Shown: one piece after another, positions 52,828 to 64,000 of the stretch
Numbering within the stretch: the stretch's first letter is position 1
Layout of the letters: each line of letters begins with the position of its first letter
Source: Schmidtea polychroa
Taxonomy: Eukaryota
Assembly (NCBI GenBank): GCA_044892525.1
Contig: CM097885.1
Coordinates: forward strand, 24,616,001-24,680,000
DNA: 64,000 bases
Direction of reading: 5' to 3'
Translations under genes and position numbers: made by a program
The notes under the pieces: generated by a model
The model's input: the letters and a program-made list of their open reading frames with translations, nothing else
Databases searched by the model: none
Told to the model about the DNA's origin: nothing

Positions 52828-54097
52828 AAGCAAAGCCCAATTCTTACAAATTTAAATTGACATTTGTTTGTTTTAGCAAAATTTCAATAATTTTTCACTT
52901 CTCTAAACTGTCGCAACTCAAGCATAAAATAAAACCTTGAAAATTAATTGTTATTTCATAATAGGGATTCACAGCCACTCCCTCCACTGTATTTATTTAT
53001 TTCAATTTCAATTTACTGAGATCTCAAAATTTCATCTCTCTGTGTGAATTTTTAAACACTCCATAATTGACCCCCGTCCTATGATGAGAATGTAGCATGC
53101 TATACAGATATATATAACTAATGTGAATATTGCACGCTTCAATTGTTGCTGGTATCATATAAAATTGTAAGTTCTACTAAAATGAAATGTTATTAATTTT
53201 GTTTTGTCAGAAATTATTGAAATTATTATTTAGTTCTTTTTTATTATTAGAAAATATTTCAAGATGCATTTCAACTGATAATTAATTAATTTAAATATTA
53301 TTTTATTAGTACAATTATAAATGACATCTTTATTTTGATTTTCATTGGTCAATATAATAATATATATTATCAATCAACATTTTGATAGTTGAAATAATAA
53401 ATATTCTGTACTTTTGAGACCCCAAATTTTATGCATCGCTCACCTGAAATAATGGAAATATTTCAATTATTATTTGTTTAAAAATTATATTTGTTCATTT
53501 GTTTAAATTTGTAAATCTGTCAAGCATGTGTATTAATTATGTTTTTTAAGTAAACAAAAAATTTGTTTATATTTCGGTTTTTGCTATTAATTTGTGTTAT
53601 TAAATGACAATTTTTGAAAAAGTAAGTGGCAGATGGAAAGTCGAAAGAAGACATTGCTGAAATTTGCAGAATTTGAATCCTTTCCATTTATGTGAAGGGA
53701 AATGATAATCGTGTACTCAAACAGTTCGGAAAAGCTTGAGAATATAAAATATTGACGTCATTTGTTATCACTAGTTAAATTGCGTGTAGAGGACATAGAT
53801 AAATCATTTTTACAGTCAAGGGAAACGTTTCGAAATCTAATATATATGTAACTCAAAGTAAGAGAATTTTCGGGTGGATTCAAAAAAAGGAATTGATTAA
53901 TATTAGTAAACACAATTTTGTGAAAAAATTATTGAAATGTTGTTTGATTTCAGGTTTTGTGAATTTTGAAAGTTTTAAAATTTTAAAACTTTTATAGTTT
54001 TTAAAAGTTTGAATTAAAAAACATAATTTTATGATTTTTTAGCGAAATTATATTTGTAAAATTAATAAATTAGTTGATTGAAACAGTTGATTGCCAG

Positions 54098-54313
54098 CAT
54101 CCGTCTGTCTACAAACTGTTTGAACAATTTCATCAAGAACAGGATCACTACGGATTGAAGATCGAAAGGTCTCGTTCAGGAATCAAACAGCCAGAAGCAT
54201 CCAAGTTGAAATATGTTCGCCTTAATTGACACCTGCAGGCCTTGGTCCCAACATATGGAATAATTTGAGTGGGAGATTACCTCCGAGGAATCGCACACAA
54301 CCTTAGCATTTAA
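54098..54313 (+). pseudogene. MULE-like transposase C-terminal relic
   Basis: HPSVYKLFEQFHQEQ...DYLRGIAHNL*. Confidence 0.55.
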
Positions 54314-54916
54314 TTAAAAAAATATAAGCTACCATTATTCGGCTTTTCAATTTTATTAGTAACAGTTACCATTGAAATAAATATAGAAGATTTGAATTAT
54401 ATTTTTTTATGTTAAAAAAAATAAAAAATTTAATTAGTGGCAATGTGAGTTATATACTTTCTTTTAATATATATTTCTATTAATTTGTAAAATATTAATA
54501 TGATGTTTAAGATGAAGGTAGTTACAAAAAGGTTCATCGTGGGAATTTTATATATTTTAATGCTATAAATTAAATATTAAATATATATATATAAATTTGC
54601 TTCAGCCGGAAATGTCAAAATACAACCCACCGACAAGTGATGAAACGATCCGGAATTACAAATACGGCGGATCCACCAGTAGTCTAAGAGTAGGTATTTT
54701 TACATTATTCACTTTTCGTCAAATAATATGATATTATATGATTATACACAATGGTGGTTTTTTCATTAAATCAAATTTTCAAAGGTTCTTTCCTTTTTAT
54801 CAATATCATTCTTAATAATATATATTTCACTTTACTTTGCACTTTCATGTCAAAATATTGATCTATAGTCTAAAACAAAATCTTTATAATGAAAATGTTT
54901 ATTATTATTATTATTA

Positions 54917-54954
<38 letters not shown>

Positions 54955-54959
54955 TATTA

Positions 54960-54995
<36 letters not shown>

Positions 54996-55540
54996 TATTG
55001 TATTATAAGAACTTTTTTTCCAATTTCACTACTGAATTTTTTTCCATTGAATTTATTAAAAAGAAAGCTTGAAGACTATAAATCAGTAATATATCGATGT
55101 TTTTTGATACTCACGAATTTTTGGCACTGCTTTATTCACTTGCACAAAAGCAATACCGCAAATTCTAAAAATATAAATAAATCACAATTTATTGAATGGT
55201 TAATATCTTTATTAATTTTTTATTAGTTTATATTTTAGTTGTCCTTACCATTAATATGTTAATGCTATTATTTTATCTTACTAAAAGTTTTTACATCAAC
55301 TGTACATTTAAATGGCTAAATTAAACTGCTCTCAATAAACATCTAGCTAATTTCTACTCAACCTTTCTTGTCTTTTATTAGAATTTTAAACATTTAATTA
55401 ATAAAACAATTATTTGATATGCTACAATTAATAAACTAAAAATCATGGACCCTTAACCTTTTAATCAACCGCAACAGTCAATAATAGTAGAGTGTTTATA
55501 AAAACGTTTCAGTTCGTCTTAAAAGCTTATGTGCTTTATT

Positions 55541-55860
55541 ATTACCAGTTATGATTACTGCTTTGATACAGTTTAGATGCAAACTATCAATAATAAATCT
55601 TGTGCCATTGAGCATTCCTTTCTTCGGATTAAGAATTTTTTACCGCCATGACAAATGCCCCAAATTTCAACTTCAATAAATGGAGTGATATTCCTGATGT
55701 ACAAAATGTATGAAAGAATTCAATAGTGAAATCAATTATGCCACTTTCATCATCTGATATCATAGGATCAGTGCTCATATAATTCACAGTTTCACTTGAT
55801 ATACGTTACAACATTTTATGGTTTAACTCCATAACATCAATATTTTTTCTTGTTAGAATA
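55541..55860 (-). pseudogene. Helitron PIF1-like helicase fragment
   Basis: EFFHTFCTSGISLHLLKLKFG...NLNPKKGMLNGTR resembles the PIF1 2B motif; contains a stop and a frameshift. Confidence 0.7.
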
Positions 55861-56949
55861 ACTTATTAAAAGGAATGAAATATTAGTTATTAATATTTAA
55901 CCGTTACACTGGTGAAGTCATTTGAAGAGGCATACTACGCGTCAAATTATTGACTCTCCGCAGTCTGACGGTTAAATACTTTTTAATATTTACAATAATT
56001 TTTCAATAAAAAATATTGTAATTTAGAAACAGAAATATACCCTATATTAGTTCATTTTGATAATGAAAATGATCATTAAGATTTAAAAAAGCATTACCGA
56101 CTAGCATACATACACACATTTGACATTGTACACCAAACACAACTGAGATATTTTCCCTATAATATAAGAAAAAATCAATAATTTTACATTATAGAAACAC
56201 ACATACTTACTTTGATTTCACGCTGATGTTCTCATTAATACACCAACCTGCAACTGATTATCATCAAATGGCCATTGAATTGCAAATTTAATGATATAAA
56301 TATTAACTTAGCTATAAATAATGTGTGTGTGTCATAGCTAGAAGGGACATAGAATTAGCAAGGTGACATTAAATTGGCAATTACACTATAGAAAGATAGA
56401 AAAATTGCTGTTGGAAGAAAAATAATTAAATACATACAAACACGGTTCACAAAATTTCTATAATAAAAAATACACACTATAGGACATTGATTTATCATAA
56501 GGACATTCAATTAGCTAATAATTTTCATTTTTAAAACAAATAATTATCAAAATGTTCGAAGATATTTCAGAAGCTTCTTCAGAATCGACTATTCCATTTC
56601 AAGAAATTTGTAAGTCTTTCATTAGACTTTAGTTATTTTATAAAATCTATGTTAGACGCAATTAAATTCAAATCTTCTTCAAGCATTTATTTTTATAACA
56701 ACTTCAAAATTGTGCCGTTTACTAGCGTATTTAAACACCGAGGCGTGATAATTATTAATATTAATGTAATTACTGGTCATACATTTAATTGATTTAATTT
56801 AATATAATTTAATATAATATGATATAATTTAATATAGAATTTAAATATAAAATTAAACAGAAATAATTATTTCTACTAACTGATCTCACTTCTACCATTT
56901 AACCATAATAATTTTATATAGAGGTTTACTAACTCCTTACAATCTATAT

Positions 56950-57282
56950 AGAATAACCATTGCTGATAAAGAAAGAATCATTAAATCCATGGAAGATGGC
57001 CATGATTATTACGAATTAGGCCGTATTCTCGGAATTAAACGGAATACAATAACCAGCATTATTATGAAATATAGGAAGACTGGAATTTTATCCACAGGAA
57101 CAAGAGGAGGCAATCGACCAACAATTATCACAACAATTATTGGTCAGGAATTATTGAACTATGTCGAAAGAAATTATTATTATACATTAAATCAAATGAG
57201 ATTGTTTTTATCCACAAATCACAATGTAGAAATTTCAACAAAGTCAATATCCAGAATTCTGAAAAATGTAATGTATATTTAA
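56950..57282 (+). pseudogene. IS630/Tc1-like transposase N-terminal HTH fragment
   Basis: LGRILGIKRNTITSII...GGNRP...TLNQMR...ISTKSISRILK. Confidence 0.65.
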
Positions 57283-59013
57283 AAAAAATAAATAAATATC
57301 TTACTTCTTTATTCATTATTTTAACAAAAAATCTTAAAATTAACTAAAATCCAAAACAAAGCTCATTTGACATTGCTAAATGAAAGTCTCATTTATTGTA
57401 ATCAAATGCGCCGCTGAGATTCGTTTCTATAATAACTTTATTTTGGACAATTTTTAGAAAGAAATATCGCTGAAAAAGTTTTTTAATGTATTTTTAAAGA
57501 AACTATTGTCATGAAAATGACGAAATATCATCGAAATATATCGATGTTTTTGATATTCACAAATTTTCGGCACTGCCTTTTTCAGGTGAATTCATTTTAA
57601 AAGTACATTCATTGATATCTTTGCTGATTCATAGTCAAGGTTTTTAATAAATACAATGTCAATTGAAAAGAAATCAGTGGTGAAAATTGAAAAAAGTTCT
57701 TATAAAACATTTCATTTGAATATATATGTAAGAAAATAAGACTAATTTGTAAAATATATTGATCATTGTTGGTTCTATCAATTTCTTCATAAGTAAATCG
57801 AGTAAATTTGAGCAGCTCCGACGTCTCCATTTCTATTGGATGATCGAATTCCACATCTTTGTACAAAGTGTATTTCGCGTTTTGGAGATTTTGCTTCACA
57901 ATATATTTCATTGAATATGACTCCCTAATTTTTGAGTTGTTTGAATAATCAATTGTTGATTTGTTCTTGACGTATCCATTGACTGGATGTTCTGAGATCC
58001 GACGATGAGTAGAAGTATAAGTAGCAGCTTTACAAAATTTATGATATTTAATGTACATTCAATATAGAAATAAGGCAGTTAGTTGATTCACAAATAGTAA
58101 ATATATATAGTAAAACTTTGTTTAGTAAAACATGAGCTTTCCTAATCTTTAATTCGTAATGTGTTATGTGCGTTTCAGAGAACATATTTGTTCTTAATAG
58201 AGCTCACCATTTTCGGTTCTTGGACCAACTCCATTGGCAATGAGAATTGAGTCTTTAATTCCATCTGATATCGTGGAAGGAATTATAGTATTTAGATTTG
58301 TTACTTTCTCTTGTTTTCCGCTATCAATTTTATTTTCCTTTTTACATTTCTTGTCCATGAACATAACTGAGCCCACTCTGCTAAATTTCATTTGCCAATC
58401 TCGTCTCTCAATTAATTATTAATTCAGGTGTTGAAATGTTGTTGTTTCCTCAGAAAGACTCCCTTTTTTTATAGAAATGTTAAATGTATTCAATTATATT
58501 GTAATATGAATTGAAATTGAAACGTTTCCTGTTTCGTTGAAGAAAACGGCAATGGTCAGTTTGAATGTTCAATTTTATAATGATTTTCGTGGATAGTTTT
58601 GCAGTAAGTTCCTGACTTAACTCTATTTATTTTTGGATGTTTAGGAAGTTAATAATTTTAATAGTAAATAAGATTCTTAATTCTGACAAAAGATCAAAAT
58701 TCTTTGGTTCTACGCAACACAAATTTTCGTCTTTGATTTTATCAAGTTTTAATAAGCAGATTAAACTATAAGTGAAACAATTCAATAGGTTATTTTATAC
58801 ATATTTTGTACTTTTAGTCCTTTATACATCAACTTATGGCAAATGATAAAGGTTTTATAAACAAAGTATTAGATCTCCAAGATAAACTGTGACATCTCTG
58901 AAATACATTAAACTGAAATAAAATGTTTCAAATTTATCATTTGTGTACATTTTTGGCGTCTATATGAAAATATTCTGTAAAATATACAGTTATTTCTAAT
59001 TGTTCCATTTGGA

Positions 59014-59361
59014 AACGCTGGCTATAAATGGGTTTATTGTAACTTAACGCGTTCACGCCGGCGCGTACCATGAATGGGCGTATTTGATTGTGTTATTAGA
59101 CGTATTATTAGAAAATTTAACGTATATTCATCAAAAACATTCATTTTCATTACACCAAACACCACTGAGAACCATTTCCTATAATATAACGCTGGCTATA
59201 AATGGGTTTATTGTAACTTAACGCGTTCACGCCGGCGCGTACCATGAATGGGCGTATTTGATTGTGTTATTAGACGTATTATTAGAAAATTTAACGTATA
59301 TTCATCAAAAACATTCATTTTCATTACACCAAACACCACTGAGAACCATTTCCTATAATAT
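59014..59361 (+). repeat. Exact tandem duplication, 174-bp period
   Basis: aacgctggctataaatggg starts at both 59014 and 59188. Confidence 0.92.
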
Positions 59362-60198
59362 AACAAAAAAATCAATAATCTTACATTATAGAAACATACA
59401 TACTTACTCTGATTTCACTTTGATGTTCTCATTTAGAGTGCAGTCAGATACATCTTATACTATAGAAATCTGAAAAGTGGAAGAAAAATTAAAAACTGCA
59501 CACAAACACAAGACATACTAAAAAACACACAAACTTTTGATTCATCGAAATGCACCGCTGAGATACATTTCTATAATAATTCTATTTTAGACAATTTTTG
59601 GATAAAAAAAGATCGCTGAAAATTTTTAAAAATATATTTTTAATGAAATTTCAAGAGCAGATGAATTTTGTTCAATGTCTTTTCAATCCATATTTGCTTT
59701 CCTGAGAGAAGCTCCTCATATTGAGCTCAGAAAAAAAAATTACAAAAATTATTTTAATTTTATTATTCGGGGATTTTTTCCAAAATGTTTTAGAAAAGTA
59801 CATATTTTTGGTAATTCATTTATTTAATTATAATTAAAAACATATCTAACTCACATTTTTTCGAAAATATTCCAAAATACTTGTCATAAAATATCAAAAA
59901 TCCCTGAAAATTAATTAAAAATAATTTATAATTATAATGTTGACTAAAAGTAAAATTTAAGAACTTGAATAATGATCTCATATATATATGGATCAAAATT
60001 CAAGACATAAACTTTACTTAAAATTAAATATCTTACCTGAAAGCCATTTCTAAAATGGCTAAAATAAATTTCCAAAAAACATTCCAAAGCAATTCAGTTA
60101 ATGATAAATGTAAATTGATTAATACAGTAAATTGGTGAGAGAAATTGTTCTACACGCCAACCACCACTATAGAGAATTTATCTCAGTGGTGTTTGGTG
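59327..60198. mobile_element. Second TA-flanked TIR element, inverted relative to 18592-19490
   Basis: Same CACCAAACACCACTGAGA TIRs and internal similarity. Confidence 0.85.
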
Positions 60199-61270
60199 TA
60201 CAATTATAATTAATAACGTATTATAAACATAAATTTTGTTCAATAACATAAACTGCGCCGACATGAAAGTGTTAATTGTAACTTTTGATGATAATGTGAC
60301 TTGTTCGGTTGTTTCAATTTATTCACTTTCTGCGCTTATTTGTCTTGTGCTGTAATTTATAATGCTCGGTTTTCAATATTTGAGTCGTATTTTTGAGTTT
60401 AGTTTAATTTATAAAATATATTATGTGTAGCTCTTCTAGCTTTTCCTTCAAAATTTGCCTCTGCGTGATATGCAATGACTTTATGTTTTAAATTGCTTTT
60501 CCGATATATTATTAATGGAATTGAAAATTATTTCAGAGGTTTCAAATGGCAAAGAGATGAAATCCAAAATTCTAATTTTTATTCCAGTTTCTAAATCAAA
60601 ATGTCTAATGATTATTGGAAATAACTTCATATCCTTATAAATATCAAATGGATATAAAATTAATTTTTTCTACATTTTTGTTTAATTCTGAATATGCATA
60701 TGGGGGAAGCATATTTCTCACAATTAGCTCGAATTTAGTTCTTGCAAAGGCAAATATTTTTTTGAATAACTTTTTGAAAGCATGTATTGTACAGTCCATT
60801 GATCTGCAAGTGTGGTTGTGATTAATACCATGAAAATATGTAAGTCCTTCTGCTATTGCTTATTGCTTTTCTTTGTTTTAATAAGTTGTTTTCCGAAAGA
60901 ATTCCCATGGTTCGAAGGAGTGTGCAGCAGTATTTAAATATCATTTTCCCCTTCATGTAAGATAGAAAATTCACAATTAAATTTCTCACATTTTACGATG
61001 TTTTAATAAACGAAAATTTATTCATTATGTTGAAAAACTAAAAAACAATCTAAAATTATATTATAAATTACAATGTGCATATTGTTAAAATGTAACTGTA
61101 AAATACACTGTGAGTATGTACATGATTACGAAGCAGGACGGTTTGACACAGGAACTTTTGGTGCACTGATTTATTTCTCATTCAATTTCATTCTAAATTT
61201 TTCTGAATTTTTAATTTTTACCTTTTGTTTTTGAGATTATACCAATATCTATATTGAACTTGGGATGAAT

Positions 61271-61472
61271 CACACTAACATTTGGAGATTTATAAATGGA
61301 ATTCGAGTGTTCAAAAAGGGCGTGATTGATTGGTGGAGATCAGCCGCCTGTAAAGCGCAGAAAATACATCGCGGCAGACGTCAGGATCAGGAGAATTGTT
61401 GAGAGTCACAGAGAAAGAAAAATTATCGGATATCTCAGAAGACTTTCATATAATTTTTTGATGGATCCGTGA
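61271..61472 (+). pseudogene. MULE-like transposase C-terminal relic
   Basis: HTNIWRFINGI...KRRKY...YLRRLSYNF. Confidence 0.55.
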
Positions 61473-63380
61473 ATAGAAGGACTCCATTTAAAATAGTGAA
61501 AGTGTAACCCATTGGAAAGTATTCTTTAAACATTTTCCAAGAACTTTTATATAATACGTTTTTTCTCATTTTGTTTTATATAAATCTTTTAGTGAAAAGT
61601 TTTGTTAGAGTATGTTTCTATTGCATTTTGATTTTGTTTAAATATTCATTTTATGGAAACAGTTGTTTTTTAGTTTTATTGAAATGTGAGTTTATGTTTA
61701 AGGGCTACAAAAAAACATTCGCGCCAAAACGTCACTTACCGACATGATTATATGAACATTTTTTATTGTTAGTTTATAAATTAAAATAAGTTGATTGTCA
61801 TAAAGCAACTATATTTAAGCAATTTGTTTAAATCCTATATTGCTTTCGAATAATGATAATACTAACTTGCATTACTTTTCCTATGAATTTGCCTTGAGTG
61901 TCACTTTATTATTCAATTATTTTTATTGTAAAGCCCTAGCCCAAAATGAATCAAAGCCATAATATAATGAACTGTCACGTATTACTCTCATTAATTATTA
62001 GCATTAAGCCGCATTTATAGAGACTCGACTGTCGTAGGTCACACTATCAACCAATCATAGCTAACTTCAACGCCTCGGACACAGTGGAGACTCCGTTAAT
62101 GCAGCTTAAATCTGAGTCGATTACAGACGAAACATCTGAGGCTGCAATCTAACATGCAATAAACAAAATGTTCGTTCTTTAGGCAGTCCGTGAACACGCG
62201 CGCATCGCTACAGTATTTGAGCGAACCTTATATATTTATTTATTATATTTATAAAAGAATTGACCATGAATCAGTAAAGATATCGCTGTTTTTTGAAATA
62301 TCACTTTAAAAAGATTGTAACGAAAATTCGTGTATATCAAAAAACATCGATATTTTTACTGATTCATAGCCAAGCTTTTTATGAATACAATATATTATTG
62401 TGTTTCTTTGTTTTCTACTTTTCTATCTTATACATGCTAGGCTAGAGTGCTATAGATGTTTTTATATCTAAATTGCTTAAAATAATAACATTTATATCCT
62501 AATTTTAATTAATTACTCATTGCTAAACATCTAAATAGCCTTTTTATAATTTTTTTAATTAAAAGAATTGTAAATAAAGCTGAGTTAATTAATTATAAAA
62601 GTGACCTTTCGACAAATGATAAACAAATACTTTGACGCTTAATTATGATACGCTACATTTTACAGTCCTTTTACAGTGAATACACTATTATGTATAACGA
62701 GGTTAAAACTCCAAGTGTTACCGGGTAGTAATGCTAGGAATTTATAAATTTTAATGTAATATTAATGATCATAAATTTTTATAATATTTACTATAAAATT
62801 AATTTGAAGACCTTGTATAAATACAGTCGTATAAAAGGACAAAAGAACTTCAGTGTGAGTAATCTTTCTATATGTTTTCTTTTGTTCAATTAATCCTTTG
62901 ATCACTACAAATCTTATCGAAAAAGTTTTAATTTGTAAAATCAATCAATTATGTGTTGTATAAATTTAACTTATTGATTTGAATTTTCACCTCGTGGTCA
63001 TGGTAACAGTAGCTAAATTTAAAGATGATGGCTAATTTTTTTTAATCCCCATTTTGAGATTGACATTACGATCTAGAAATAAAGTATTTTAAAAGCATTT
63101 CAGAAAAGAGAATAAATTTTGATTATAGACCAATGTGATGATATTGACTATTAACTTTTATTAAATTTTGTAGTCTGAAATGAGGGCTTTTTATAATTTC
63201 AAGATTGTTACATTTCAACTTGTCGAAATCTAAAAATCCCAATATATTAAAATGTTTTTTGAATAAATTTGAATGGTAATAAGCAGTTAAAACCAAAATT
63301 AAATTTTACTTGTTTGTTTGATAAATTATATTTGAAGTGGAAAAATAATCTAGAAATGATAAAATAAATGTTTTTTTCAG

Positions 63381-63540
63381 CCTAATCAATATCCGATGCC
63401 ATTTGGCAAGTTCTATAATTTTTCATATCTAAAACTAGAAGAAACGTTGAAGACCCAAGTTCATCCGAATGCACTCTTCAAAACCTCTAGATCCAACCTC
63501 AGTACATCATCAACCAATATCCATCACTATCACAAAATTG
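63381..63540 (+). CDS. Downstream exon of the abLIM-like gene
   Basis: tttttcag|...G|gtatat; phase 0; PFGKFYNFSYL...HHYH resembles the abLIM post-LIM region. Confidence 0.65.
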
Positions 63541-63699
63541 GTATATATTTATTTATTATCTAAAATTATTTAATATAAATTCTTATCATGAAATATTTGT
63601 AATGAAATTTGTCTTATTTTTCCATTTAGATGAAACTAAACAAACTTTTAATTTAAAGTTAATAATAGTTAATTAATAATAACAATAATAATAATAATG

Positions 63700-63840
<141 letters not shown>

Positions 63841-64000
63841 TTTCTTGAATAAAGTTAAATTTAATAATAGTGTCTAGTTTTAAGTCGATTAATTTTAATG
63901 TAAAAAATGAATGTCCAAATCAAGGTATGAAATTATAATATAAATCGAAAGGTTTTAGTGTATGACCAGTTTACGGGGGTAATTTGAATAATCGGAGAAC

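Overview
AT-rich, microsatellite-rich eukaryotic DNA (animal-like; planarian-type repeats suspected but not provable here). The window is mostly introns of a + strand abLIM/UNC-115-like gene (exons at about 13327, 22793, 27240 and 63381). The centrepiece is a full-length 15,023-bp Polinton/Maverick (adintovirus-like) element at 28501-43523. It has AGTAGT ends, ~0.9-kb TIRs, a 6-bp TSD, pPolB, integrase, ATPase, protease, major/minor capsid, PLA2, pX-like and fibre-like genes. It is inserted in the transposase of a 3-kb hAT element, which itself sits in a (TA)n tract. The most unusual signal is six outward-facing tRNA-derived Pol III-type cassettes (A box + B box + T tract; Trp-, Asp- and Cys-like) in the TIRs and left sub-terminal region of the Polinton, reminiscent of adenoviral VA RNAs or tDNA insulators. 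Also present: an intron-containing piggyBac with an adjacent empty-site paralog, a decayed piggyBac, an older Polinton PLA2 relic, hAT/Tc1/MULE MITEs and relics, a solo LTR and a Helitron helicase fragment. All family calls come from motif recognition by eye, not database searches.
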